Positions 24,830 to 37,800 of a stretch of 64,000 nt of DNA are shown in pieces (the stretch's first letter is position 1; each line of letters begins with the position of its first letter). The stretch comes from Anthoceros angustus (taxonomy: Eukaryota > Plantae > Anthocerotophyta): assembly GCA_010909165.1 (NCBI GenBank), contig MU008193.1, positions 420,376-484,375 on the forward strand, written 5' to 3'. The notes under the pieces are model-generated. The model was not told where the DNA came from, did no database searches, and saw only the letters and a program-made list of their open reading frames with translations. Position numbers and translations under genes: made by a program.

Positions 24830-27420
24830 CGAGTAGTGCAATGCTCCATGGGACGGAGCGATCAATCCCGAACCTCTCCGCATGCATGTGGAGTCTTGCA
24901 TGGATGGATTCCACTTTTCAATTCATGTCGAAGACGCCAACGTGATGTTTTCACATGCCCGATACATTTTCCAAGTTGGAAATATGGGCCGCGATCGGAT
25001 ATGGCACGGTCCTCCATGAAGTTCGCCTCCCTATGTATTTCTTAACTCGTGGAGAAACAACTTTCCGAAGGTCCGGATACCAAAATCAAAGTTTTCTACT
25101 TGTTCTCGTGAGGGCCTCAAGCGCACTATTCGCAACACATCCGGCAAGGCGGATCAAGGTTTGTTCCTTTAATCACATCAAGCCCGGGGAAATTCGAATG
25201 TCGTTGACATGTTGCCGCATGGTAGGGACCGTGTTTATCCAATGGTTTATGGGCGTGCCATGTCATGCCATGGCACCATCTGGGCTTACGCAAGGCATGT
25301 GCGTTTTGCATGTTTACCATAGGCGGTGATGCTGGCGCCTATGCCCATAGATATGGTTACATAGGCGCCGGCATGCCGCCGCCTATGCCATAGCTCGCAT
25401 AGGCGCGGCGCGCCTATGCCAGCTGGTTACATGGCGCCGATGCCGGCGCTATGCCATAGTTAGGAGCCGGCACCGCCGCCCATGCCATAGCTCTGAGGCG
25501 GCACATGCGCTCCTATTACATAGGCGGCGGCATACCGGCGCCTATGTCCATAGCGTGCACCGCCGCATGACCAGGCGCCTATCACAGGCGCGATGCCTAC
25601 GCGCCTATGTCCATACTTTTGCGCGCATGACCCGACCTATGTCCTAGATGACGGCCGCATGCCGGCCCTATGTCCATAGCAATATATGCGCGCCAAGACG
25701 CCCGGCGCCTATGGGCATATATTGTTCCCCATGGGTATAGTGCATGGTATGCAATACATGGTCGCCATACATCCGGTGCCTTCCCGCCTTAGTCCTTGCA
25801 TGCGTGTGGTGGTTACCGTGGTACGGTGTGCACACTCATGTAGGAGTTTTGGTCAAATGTGGTGGAGATCGTTGTGCAATACTCCTTGTTTTGACATGTG
25901 CATATTTTTCCTTGTGAGGTATATGAAGGGGCATCAAGGCCTCATCGATCGCTCTGTAACGAGAGGGACAAAGCGCAAAGCATCGCTCTAAAAGTTATGC
26001 TCAACCTCACAAGTACATGCTTCGGCTATCGACGGTATGGACCAAAAGAAGACCGAGCTGCCCCATTTTATTCGATACCCAAAAGATTTAGCGGATAGTT
26101 CACTTATTAATGTTCATGTAGTGGGTATGGTGCATAATTACACTTTCAAAGAGCGTATTTGCATTATGCCAATTTATGGAATGACGAATCTAACTATCAA
26201 CATAATTCAAGATGTCATATTTTCATATGAAGGGTGCTTCCAAAGTGCTTTATCTCCACTTGACAATACATGCCGGAGAACAAAAATCATTGTTATTCGC
26301 ATACCTAAATATGCTCGTTGACCTTCAAGTGTTTGTGAAAGTGAAGGTTGGTTTCCTTCGTTGGTCACACACATGATCGTAGATCAAATGTTTTCTTGTT
26401 TCAAGCTTCTCGAGACACAAAGAGCTTTTAATAGATACATCGGACATTGAGATTCACTCCAAAACCCAAGTGAAGATTATAACTAAGTAGGACTTTCGCT
26501 CATATGTATGGCGATCGAAAGGAGCAAGAGGATATGCATGCGGCGGTGAAACGGTGAACAACCTTTCCTTCCAAAGATCGTTCAAAATCACACGGAAGAA
26601 CGGCAAGACCGTGGCCACGCATCGTTGTTCGCAGATGATTCCACTTCACCGGGGAATCAAGATGGTTTAGAATTTTGAACTGTTCCCACCATTGCATTGG
26701 TCCAGCTTTATGGCTTTTGGCAAAGACAAAAGGGGCAAGATGGAGGTCTGTCGCCCACAGAAGGTGTGGCGCACTTGAAGAATGGGTTATTGAACTTGAG
26801 GACGTACATAACGGCGGCCGAGAGAGTGTGGTGGAGGTTGTTTTGGGTTGATCAGGAGGGAATCGCCATTATTGTGGAGAACAACATAGCTCTTGTGCTG
26901 AAACAGCCATGGAGATGGTACAATAGAGCGGAGGCAGAGGCGAACTTGCCTCCTCTTCAAGTCCCTGAAGAGGTTGTCCTTGACGAAGCATTACTCAGAG
27001 AGGTACCCCAACGCGATATGTATTTGGGGGCATATCAGAATATTGGTCGACAACAGCAACAAATTGAGAAAATGAATGGGGATATCAAGGAGATACGGAA
27101 AGGAATGTTCATCGCTACTCCATGTGCAGAGACATACAGGCTTTTGGATTGGGAAGGTGGACAGTGGACTTTGATTGTGAGAAGCCTTCGCTTATGGTCC
27201 ACCGGCATGTAATCGAGCACACCGATGCGTTTGAAGGAAATATGTTGAAGAATTTTTGTTCGGGACCGAACGCAAACGGGACATGGGAAGGTGTGGAAAA
27301 GAGGATTACCAAAGAACATCCAACGGTTGTTTGTTTTGGACAAGACTATAATCCTCTATTATGGATTCAACTTGAATGGAAGGAAACACTTGTATGCTTG
27401 ATAAGAAGGCCATTCAAAAA
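24830..27420 (+). pseudogene. Decayed DDE transposase, Sola3-like, with large intron
   Basis: MPD..; FPKVRIPKSKFSTCS (~25060-25105); AIDGMDQKKTELPHF (~26025-26070); NLTINII..SPLDN..R.NK (26190-26290); frameshifted FL-VGHTH..VDQMFS (~26355-26400). Candidate intron from ~25159 (CAAG/GTTTGT) to ~25918. Confidence 0.75.
25320..25760. repeat. Palindromic GC-rich minisatellite (ATAGGCGCC...GCGCCTATG(T/C)CCATAG)
   Basis: More than 10 degenerate units containing GGCGCCTATG or its complement CATAGGCGCC, e.g. ACATAGGCGCCGGCATGCCGCCGCCTATG at ~25360-25388. Confidence 0.8.
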
Positions 27421-28448
27421 CTAAATCTTTTTCCGCAACTGTGAGAGGACGATACTGTGAAGTCAAGGAGAGGTCCTATATTGGATGAAGGAATTGAGTT
27501 GAGGAGTGAAATTGTCCGCCGATGTTTGAAAGGGCCAACATGCCTGAAAATAGGCGAGCATGTGAGTAGTAGATGTTCACAATTATATAGTTCTCTATGG
27601 GACTCACCCTAAGAAGGGGCAAACGCCTACTTTATTCTTGCCGCTCATTAATACGATGTTATCAATTCAAACCCACAAAGCGGACTCACAAAAGTGTCAC
27701 CCACATCTGCTCTTGTCGATTGTCCCAAGGCATCGAGGTTAATTAATATGCCCATGAACTCGGCGAAATGCTTGTTGCTTCTGTTATCGCGCTAACCGCG
27801 AGATGGGAATGGATAGAAGTTCATCTAGTGGTGGAGGGGGCGCATGCCGGGCGCCACGCATCACGTGCCCTTGTATACGCCACCAATAAAATTGGAAAAA
27901 CAACCGCCCGGCATGATGTTGCATTGTGCGCGAGAATACAACCAAGGCCGTACACCTCGTCCACGTTACAAACTGTTAAAACCCGTGTGTACTCAACACT
28001 TCATGCATATCCATATATTTCCCAAACCACTCACCATGCGTGTAAAAAATGCATATTACAAAGCATAGCAGGCCCTCTGCAACCCCCGGCCAACATGGAC
28101 TCAGATATGGGCATGTTTTGCAGGCAAAATTGCATTCAGTCTTCCAACAAATCCCTTTGTTTGGCCACCCCATGTCATGAACTCATGTTCAAGTACTTGT
28201 GGCACCCTTTTTTTCCCTCTTACTTTCGAACAAATAGTCCAAGAAGGGTTTGAGTGCCCATGTTGCCGCCGGTTATTTGTATAAAGTGGGAAAACGCCGC
28301 TTCCTGTTTATTCCGACGGAAAGAACATTATGGTGTTATCAGCCTGCTCGATAATATTTATAGTCTCTTGAATATCTATTCTATAAATATTTTTTCTCTT
28401 TTATGTTTTTCTTAATATTCTAAGACTAATATCTATGAACAAATCCTT

Positions 28449-28690
28449 ATGTCCATGCCCATCGACATGCCACATGCCATACATCCATCCACATGCCATA
28501 TGACATACATCCGTCACATGCACGTACACATGCCATGCATCCCTGGCATCATCCATCATGTTGTCCTAGCTACACAGCCTGCAGCTTTATTATGCACACA
28601 GCCTCTTGTCAATGTATGCCATGACAGCTGTCGCACCGTAGGGCACCATAGCGGTCCATGTCCACATTAGGGCATGGCTCATGTCAGAGT
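28449..28690. repeat. Low-complexity CATG/CACATG-rich tract
   Basis: Repeated CATGCC, ACATCC and CACATG motifs. Confidence 0.55.
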
Positions 28691-29001
28691 CTGTGAAGCA
28701 CTGAGCCTCACAGTTTGGGTAAGCCTCCAAAATAGGCTTATCGGCTAACTACCAAAGCGGCAAAGTAAAAGAAGAACTAGGCAATATCACGGTGCCCTAC
28801 CATGGATGCGGCACATTGTGACCAAATGAACACGCAGGCCTAGGGTATGGCGCCGCGAGTTTGAACACCACATTAAAATTAGCAAACACCCTCCAAAAAA
28901 CAAAACAAGCAAATCCATACTTTTTCCCCAAAAAAAAAGGGATTCTAGCCATAAACCCCTTTTGCTGGAGAAATCTCTTTCTACCTAGACGTTGTATTAT
29001 G

Positions 29002-29240
29002 TTTTGGGATTAGTTAGCGTGTAAAGAAGATTTGTATCGATGTTTGCCAAGATTGCTGCCCCATTAACTAACCTCTTGAAAAAGGCGAAGGCTTGGAGCT
29101 GGGATGAAGAATGTCAAAGGGGATTCGAGTTTTTGAAGATGAAACTAAGCACTACCCCAGTTTTGGCAATCTATGATTCGAAGAAGGATATATAGAAGTA
29201 TATACTGACGCATTAGGTATTGCAATCAAAGAGTGCTCAT
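29002..29240 (+). pseudogene. Ty3/gypsy RT thumb-RNase H junction fragment
   Basis: Translates FLGLVSV*RRFVSMFAKIAAPLTNLLKKAKAWSWDEECQRGFEFLKMKLSTTPVLAIYDSKKDI, then a shifted YTDA. Confidence 0.9.
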
Positions 29241-29515
29241 GCGTAGGAAGAGCAGTCCATCGTTGAGCTACATGAACATGAAAGGATCAATTGTAAGAAT
29301 GGAATAGCTTCTTTGTCATCCATTGTTCAACATCTTGAGACATAATGTTCTACGTTTTTATATTGTATATGGCTAGTATACCAGGCATTAGTAATCGCGA
29401 CTCAATACTGCAACATGTGAATCACAAGATTCCTTGATAATGTATATATATCTATCACGTGGATCTTAGCATGGTTAGGTATACCACATTTTGTGACATA
29501 TGCAAATGTGCACTA

Positions 29516-30226
29516 TGTGCTACATATACCCCAAGTTTCGATTATCCAATGTTTCCAGTTGAGTCAACCCCAATTTGGGAGCGTGAACATATCATGTACA
29601 ACTTCTAAACTTGGGAATCGCCGCACGAGGCAAGCACTAACTATATAAGCACTTCCTGACCAACAACCCGAGCAAACAAATCTAATACGCGAGATATATA
29701 GTGCAACCAGCCAACAACGAGTGAGGGTAGCTGGCGTACGCCGTGGCACAAACACACTCTACGCATGACAACAACCGCAAATTCCTCGGCACATCGCTTC
29801 CTGAGTCATAGCTTCGGGCCTCCTCACAACGCTCTTGCAGATTGCATATCTAGAGGACAAGCTATGATCCGAGCTTGTCCTCAATGGAAGGGTCTATATA
29901 TACTAGACTCTGCATCGGCATATTCCTAAGATATCCTATCGCATAAGCATGCCATGCCGTAAATATCCTAAGAATACACTATAATATGCAAGGAATATGC
30001 CAAAGCATATTACTTGAAGCCTTATCCACTAGCTATCTAACAACTATGTTTAATTAACACTAATCAATGCTTAATTAACATAAGCACCTTGGATTAATTA
30101 ACACTAATCAATGCTTAACATATAAGCACTTTAGATTAATTAACACTAATTACTACTTAAAGATAAGTAATTAGATTAATTAATGCTAATCAAACACTAA
30201 ACCCAAGTGCGTAGATTAGTATCACA
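29516..30226 (+). mobile_element. Single LTR (711 bp), probably followed by a short gag 5' remnant
   Basis: Begins TGTGCTAC and ends GTATCACA (imperfect TG..CA inverted ends). Has a TATATA box and internal AATTAACACTAAT repeats. Flanks CACTA/CGGCA do not form a TSD. Confidence 0.6.
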
Positions 30227-30760
30227 CGGCATGAGCGGGGAACTAAAAGTACCGCTCGGGCGTAAAAGCTATGGCGGTGCTTCATCTTCACGGAGCTCTT
30301 GAGGCGCCCAGCTACCGCCGACCATCGACATTTCGAGTGTTCACAAGGAAGGGGAGGAGGGCGCCCACCTCAACGCAATGGGGTCCCAACGCTTAGAGGC
30401 CAAGCAGGTGGCAGAGAAGCAGGAGCCTCGAGCTAATTTGCAAGTTGGGCAGGTGAGAAGTTGCATTTGCCGGGGTTTGGGTTTCGTGTTCGGTGCCATG
30501 GCCTTACTCTGACTACGTCTGTGCCCACTGTATGGGAGTGATAACTTGTTAAGTAGATGGTAAAAACGGGGGTTTTTTTTTAAACCTGTTTCACATACAC
30601 ATTAAAAGATCTCGATGTTGGGTTTTAGTGTGGTTCGTGGGTTTAGTTGTGGCTTACGTCCTTGATAGTGTGGAAGTGGAGCACGAGATCAAGGTGAGGT
30701 TGCCTGATTAGAACACATTACCAAATTACAATGATTCTGATGAAACAGTCCACAAAGATA

Positions 30761-33003
30761 TCAAATGCTTACATTCTCATTGCGTTGCACTTGCAAGGGG
30801 CACTGACCACGGGCCTGTACATAACTCAAATTATTAAAACATTTCGGGACAACTAGATTAACCTCATAAACAAATACACTTATATCTTCAGGCTGACTTG
30901 AAAATACTACTTCTGGAGTCACATTGAGGATAGTTGACGGAAGAACACCCCTTAGATCGTCCTGCATCCCATTAAGTTCTTCATTCAGTAACTCCTTGTA
31001 GGATCTTTGTTCACCAGGAACAAGAACTCTTGCTGCAACGGCCTGTTTTGCTTGACCTGAACGGTCATATCTGCGAATGTCATAATGTCAGCAAAGAACA
31101 TACAAATGGCTTCAACAAGTTACAAAGATGCCACCACAAATTATCTTGAGAATCCTGCATCTGTTTTGTGGCCAGTAACACTTCTCCCAGCAATCAGAGG
31201 GCACCTGAGCTATCGTCAGACGTGTTATCATTGTTACACGACAACTCTTGTTGGTGTAATAGCCATCAAGCTCAGCTGCTTCCGCCATAGTCTTCATGAA
31301 CCTTGAGAGCATTCCTTTGGAAATACGAAGTTTTGCATATCAAGCCTAGCCAAGAAAACTAACAGTTAGTACATTAAAAAGCAATAAACTAAACTCAAAT
31401 AACCACACACTTACATTCGACCTTGGGTTATCGATGGTTGAGTTGAAGAAAAACCCCTGAATAGAGAGATTCTTGTCGTTTGCAGTCCACTTAGGAGAGT
31501 GATTAATAACAGCTTTAAAAGTTTCAATTACGTCCTTCTCGTAGTTCTTAACCTTTGGCCGGAAATGCTCACTTTGGTAATTCTTCATGTCAACTTTGTA
31601 ATTCTTTGACAGTCGTTCTTCATATTTGCGAAAGGAACAAACGTTAACACTATACAACATGACGTCACAACAAAAATGATGAAACAAAACAGGAAAACAT
31701 ACTGTACAAACTGCTCGCCCGAATCTGATGAAAATGAGAAGTCCCTAATCAAAAGGTTATGTAACTCTTCTTCGCCTCAGACTCCAAATCTATTCATGCA
31801 GAAATATGCACACCTACAAAGCCAATTCAAAAACGTCAGAACACAAAGGTGAACATTACATGATCAGAGCGCCTATATCAAACCAAAAAAGCAACATAGG
31901 AGTACCTTTTTTTAGCACCACGCCCAAATGAACATTGATGGTCTCTGTGGGAAAGAATGCGCCGCTCATCATCATCAGATATCAACTTAACCTCCTTTTG
32001 ACATGAGACAATTCCAAGGTCCTTGCTGATTTTCATGGACGCGACCAGCGCGGCCTGGGCCCCATGGAATATTCCGTGAAACATGTTGATCACAGGAATG
32101 TCAGAGCTAAGCCGGCTCTGGTCCAGAATGCACTTTCTTATTAAGATTCGATTGCACCCTCGGAAGAAGAACATCAGCCTGCACAAAATAAAAGTCAAAA
32201 TCAGCAAGTTAAATGAAAGTGAAAAGAAATTGAAAAGGGGAGAACTTACGTTTCTGGAGAGAATCTGGTGTTGTCTTTCAGACCCCGCTCTTGGTGGAAA
32301 AAGGGTATCAAAATAAAAGCCGGCTCAACCTACAATGTGTGTAATGTACTTACGGTCATTCTACTTGATGCGGTTCAGATCCTTATAATGCGTGTCCTCT
32401 ATTACACTATCCCAACCCCTGACACCACTGACTTTCATGAAAGCCTTAAGACGACTCCGGCACCAATTATTTTGGCGTTTAGATTTATCCTCACCACCAC
32501 TCAAAGCATCATTCACAGCACCCTCGGGGACAGAGGGGTCAAACCCCTGCTCTCTGAAGTTAGCCTCCTCATCAATTTCTTCCATGCCCATAGCAAAATC
32601 ATCTTCAGGACCAGCACACCTCAATCTCTCAAACAAATCAAGAACTTCATGATCAGTATCACCGCAGGTCGGGGAACCGTAGCATGGAAAATCGACTAGA
32701 TAAGCATCTTGTTGTACAGCACCACATACATTTCTGGACTGCAGACAAGCTTTGGCAGCGCTCACAACCATGGAATCGTCAGTTATCAAATGGTCATTCT
32801 CACCGACATACTCAACCCCTCTCTCAGTCACAGGAACATAGTTAGTGATCTCTGAAAGAGGGCCCTCCACCAATGGCACAGGTCGGTTGTCCACCCTTCT
32901 TCTCTTCTGAACAAACTCAGCTGCACGTCGAGCATCCTTCTTGGATGAGAATTGCCTTGGCGGGTTAGGAATGTCCTTCTTAGGCACTAAATAAGTTCCT
33001 TCA
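30761..33003 (-). pseudogene. Crypton-type (DUF3504-like) tyrosine recombinase, multi-exon, inactivated
   Basis: Phase-consistent exons 33003-~32354, 32289-32250, 32178-31906, 31813-31703, 31625-31415, 31345-31145 and 31070-~30880. Motifs: KSKRQNNWCRSRLKAF; RFSPETLMFFFRG.NR; YFCMNRFGV*GEEEL (catalytic Arg CGA>TGA at 31779-31777); YEERLSKNY; (W)YAKLRISKGMLSRFMKTMAEAA; TNKSCR; VTGHK; RYDRS (catalytic Tyr at 31069-31067). Confidence 0.85.
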
Positions 33004-33939
33004 CTGTGCACAAAGATACCATCAACTTTACCATCAGAAAGGTTGAAAGAGGCTGAAGGCCAAAGGGGTAAGGTTGAGGAGGGACGAAAGAAATCGGAGG
33101 TGATGATACACCGAATCCCTACTAGAAAAGGCAGCCTATGTTACAATCCTTATTGCAATTTCATGTTACACTTCCAAATTGCAACATGCTTTTTAGGCTT
33201 GGTATTAAGATTGACACTATTTTCTTCTCATGCTGTCACCATCTTAACATGAACATGGCTCTCTCTCATCACCTCACCTCCTAAGTACAACCTCCCTCGC
33301 TAGCATTGTTTATGATTTCAAACATATACAATGAAAACTTTATGTTATAGTCCTTTGTTACAATTTCATGTAACACTTTCCATGGAACACCCAAAAGTTA
33401 GGTGGCTTGGTGTTAAGTTTGTGATTTTCCTCCACCTTCTCTCACCATCTTAACAACATGCAAGTGGTCTCGACCTTACACCTCATTAAGAGCTTATCAT
33501 CAAGTTTGTTGGTTTGGTGTTAAGTTTGTGATTTTGTTTTCCACTTTCTCTTACCATCTTAACAACATGCTCTGGTCTCTCCTTTCACATCACACTCCTA
33601 GTTAATGCTCCAGATGACACCCATTTCTTTATTGTTTCCCTCTGTGTTGCAATATGTTTGTGACAATGAGCTCCCTCTCCCACCTATTTTATTCTTCCTC
33701 TTGCTTCTCATATATGGCTGCTCTATCTCTCATGTCATTCTCTTTCCATCTTACCTCCTTTGCATAGCATTTATGGTTAATGTACCTTCCCTCTTCAATG
33801 CACCCTTGTGTCCACACCGGTTTTGTTTTCAAGCCCCATATACACAAACAAACCCTTGCTATAACCTAACCATGTATAGTAGGATTCTACATTATTTATA
33901 TGTCCATCTATATATACGGTTGAGCGATGTATGTATAAT

Positions 33940-33941
<2 letters not shown>

Positions 33942-33971
<30 letters not shown>
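33942..33971. repeat. (TA)n microsatellite, ~15 units
   Basis: Directly visible. Confidence 0.95.
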
Positions 33972-33973
<2 letters not shown>

Positions 33974-34099
33974 GAATACATACCTTTATGTATAGGTACA
34001 AATTCATAGATATCTAACCATGGCATAGTTATAAGTATACACCTCATACATTAATATACCTCATCATATTTACCACCAAATGCGACACATGCATTACGT

Positions 34100-36870
34100 T
34101 TCTTCAAACGCCCCTTTGTGCGTTTTCCCAATCTAGACTTCCCAATCCTTTCGCTTCTTATACGAACATGTGCTTGCGGCACATATGCCATAGTTTTCGG
34201 GTTCATTCCACAACTTGCTAAACATATCGAATATGTAACGCTACGGAAATATGGAATGGCTCCACTGCGGTGCTATGTCGATCTCCCTTCCTCTTCGTGG
34301 ACCATCGTCCTCGGCGCACTCCCCGAAGCGTGCAAGTTCTTGCGACCACAACTCCACCTCCACCAACCACGTACTGCGATGGCGGTTTTGAATGTCCCCT
34401 TGCGCTTGCCGGTCGTGTTCATTTGCCGTTTGCTCCAAGCTGCACGAAGGTAGGAACGCATCAATATCTACCAGCGTCCACAAATCAATCCGAGCTTATT
34501 GCGGACATGGACTTGCACATACCACCGGTGGCGGCACCTGACTCTTGACGTCATCGAGTCGACTCCTCTGCATCTTCAATGGTCGTTTGCGACCCTTTTG
34601 GCCTAGCACCTCGCCTGCTTTCTCCCGCCGTCGACCCGAGCGCGGCATTCGAGCCACTGACCTCCACGCTCAGGCCTTGCACTCCTGGCCCCATAGGCTG
34701 CATAACCACCGTGCACTATGTTACGTTAGGCAAAAGGACCTGCATTCAATTCATCCGCCGCCATTGCCACCAAACTCACACTTTTGAGAGATCTTGTGAT
34801 TCTTCTTGTGGGTGGCAACACACTCACCTCCACCTTCCACACCATCCCCGCCTCCGACATCACTTGAGTGTGATGCCCTCCTCGTTCCACCTTCCCTTCC
34901 CTTCCCCTCGGGACATGCTATGGTTCCTTCCATCTTTTCGTGCCCTTCACCGCACATTATTTTCCTTCTCCTTCGACCGCAGCCATGCACACATCGTTCG
35001 CTCACGCCTTCATGTCCTACATGCGCACTTTTTGACCACGCCTAGCTATTCAACCAAGGCCCCGATCTATCGCCATACCACTCGAGTTCGCATGCTCCAA
35101 TCCATGTTTCGCAGCCCATTTCAACTCACTGCGCTCCTCCCCACCGTTGAACATACCTTCTCTCGAACTCTTTTGCTCCCATGGGACCAAATGGATTGGT
35201 CCCATGCTCGTGCTTTGCAAGTCGAGGGGTTCCGCTTGTGGGGTTGGCCACACACCACCGTGCTTGTGCAACGTCACCACCGCTTGCTCCACAGCCCGTC
35301 TCCATGCCTTCTTGCTGACGTTCGGAGGGTGGAGCCATTTCGCATCTTTCCCCTTCTCCTCCAAATAAGCGCAGCCTGTCGCACCTTCTTGCCAACGTTG
35401 TGGTTTCTTGTCCATGAAGCCCCGCAAACCCGCCACGATATCCTCGCTCACTAGGAACTCATACTCCACCTTCCTCACCAATCGTCCCTCAAAGTCTCGT
35501 GGCTCGGACCATGGTACCATCAAGCGCATCTTCGCGCACACTAGCTCCAACACGCTGGAAGGCCTTCCGGACGTCCCTCCTCGTCGGTGGGCTCTTCCTC
35601 CTCATCTTCATTCTCCACCCACCCTCCATCACACAGGCTCATGCCCATGTAAACCCCCACGACCATGCACTGCACAACACGGCAATAATGTCGCCAAGTG
35701 GCTTACCGCCAACTTTTCGGCTCCCCTATCTCTCCTGTCAATGTTGTCGGAGGTCCTCCTCCACCTCTTCTTCACCATTTCCACTCCCACCGCCTCCCTC
35801 CGCTTTCACCATCCTCGGTGCCCGTGGTGTCCTCGTCAGGCCTGCCTCTCGACTCGAGCGTGCGTGGCCTCCATCCTCTTCCTTAGCCTGCCGAGCAATA
35901 TCAACTCCAAAGGCACTTTGCTGCCCTTGAGACCCTCCCGGCATCCACTCCCACGGAGGTCCCATGCCCAAACAAAAGCTCTTCTAGAGAGCCCGATTCT
36001 CCATCCCGCCATCCAGGTGCGCGCCCCTGAACACCACCATCATCCTCCACAAGCCCACCGGTCCTCATTCACTGCACCTCGTCCAATTTCGTTCTCCTCC
36101 GTGGAGGGCCCTTTCATACTCTCGCTCGGTGTCGTCCCTGCACCCACAAGCTCCACCGTTAGCTCCCACATATTGGAGGCAGTCGGATGGAATGAGGAGA
36201 TTTGTTGCCGCTCCTCCTCCTCATCACAACACCTTCCACTACTGTGCGTGCTCCTCCTCCCCACGAGGCCTCCATGCCTCCATCGGCTCCACGGAAGGAC
36301 CCTCCCGGCATCCACCGCCCGCCGCAGACGGCACACGCCCACATCGCTGCCGCGCGCCCGGTTTGGCCCCGTCGCCGTTGAGCAATTCCACACTAGCCAA
36401 AGCGGGCGCCATCCTCCTCGCATTTCCGACCTCGCTACGTGCTCCATCGATCGGCGCAAACAATGATGCCGCCCTCCTCCGCTTGCGCCAATCACTTTCA
36501 CACCGGCATCCACTCCGCCCTCGACTGAGGCAGCAGATCGCCCACATCGCTGCCGCGCCCTCGGCTTTGGCCCCGTCGTTGGCAATTCCACACTAGCATG
36601 CCAGCGGCTCGCCATCCTCCTCGCCATTTTGACCCTCGCTACCGTGCCCATCGATTCGCAAACAAATGATGCGGCCCTCCCTCCTCCGTTTCTTCGCGTC
36701 AATCACTTTCGACATCCAGTCACGGCAATGGGAGGTTGTAGGCTTAATCGAACCGCCACCAAATCTTCAAGTCCACGTCCCAAACCATAGAACCACGCCA
36801 ATCGCCTGGATAGCCCTAACGCGACAAGACAAAGCAAGCTGAAGTCGATGGGTTTCGAAAAAGGTAACCT
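34100..36870 (-). pseudogene. Unknown cargo/accessory gene of CACTA copy B (homolog of 19500-22590)
   Basis: ORF 35050-35553 (LELVCAKMRLMVPWSEPRDFEGRLVRKVEYEFLVSEDIVAGLRGFMDKKPQRW...GKDAKWLHPPNVSKKAWRRAVEQAVVTLHKHGGVWP). A ~200-bp internal duplication at ~36330-36690. Confidence 0.55.
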
Positions 36871-36989
36871 TGTGACGGAGGAGGGAGAGGAGGAGGGGTG
36901 GCGAAGGAAATGGCATGCCACACACTGCCATGCCATGCCATGTTCCGCTCAAGTCCGTTACTCCCGATTGCCTATTTGTTCAAATATGG

Positions 36990-37800
36990 CATGCTTGGCA
37001 TATATAGGCGGGCAGCTTTTCACACGTGTTCGTGACCCAAGGACGATTTTGACTGGTTTCAATTGGACGACCATGGGCCAAGGATGCTATGGTCATTCTG
37101 CATCGCCCCAAACAACAATCCATAACCCAAGGACAATTTGAATGGTAGAAACAATGTTGTTTTACCTTCTACATATGTTGTGCGAGACCTAAGGTTGAAC
37201 ACCTACCTCCAGACATTGCATCGCCGTCCTGCATCTTTGTTGTTTCTCGCTTCTCTTCAAGTTCGATATGGCATGTCACCATCGTCCACATATAGGAGGC
37301 CGATTTCCTAGTGTTCGTGACCCAAGGGCGATTTCCATGCATCAATTGAATGACCATGGGTCATGCGTTGTCATTCTTCTAATGACATGGCCTTGACATG
37401 CCATGTCACAAGCGAGATGTAGGCTTGATCTGGTTTTCTTCTATATCGGTTGTGCGAGTCCTTCTTGTTGCCATGCCTCCGGACATAGCCATGCCGTCCT
37501 TTTGGCATTGTTGGTACTCCTCCTATTCATGTCCGTATGGCATGTCACCGTGATCCACATATATAGGCGGTTATACTAATGTTTTGACCCAAGGACGGTT
37601 TTGTGAATAATTGGATGACCATGGGCCAAGGATGTTAATGCCTAGGGCAGTCCTTGACCACGCAACATGTCATGACACAAGGACAAAATTGAATGCCATG
37701 TACTGTTGTTTTTAGGGCCCTTCCATATATGTTGTGGGAGTCCTCATGTTTGCCACCTTCCCCCAGTCATTGCCACGACGTCCTTACGGCGCGCACCTCC
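36990..37800. repeat. Diverged ~270-bp tandem repeat x3 with GACCCAAGG...GACCATGGGCCAAGG core
   Basis: GACCCAAGG(A/G)CG at ~37034, ~37318 and ~37586, each followed by TGACCATGGG or CGACCATGGG. Confidence 0.7.

Noticed and set aside
27768-28253. 161-aa ORF as a host gene
   Set aside because: No recognisable domain and no true ATG context; left unannotated.
29511-30231. Solo LTR with TSD and tRNA primer-binding site
   Set aside because: The flanks (CACTA/CGGCA) differ, and CGGCATGAGCGGGG cannot be assigned to a tRNA; kept only as an LTR remnant.
34579-36466. Plus-strand ORFs of 291 and 352 aa
   Set aside because: P/H/S/L-rich antisense shadows of the minus-strand cargo gene.
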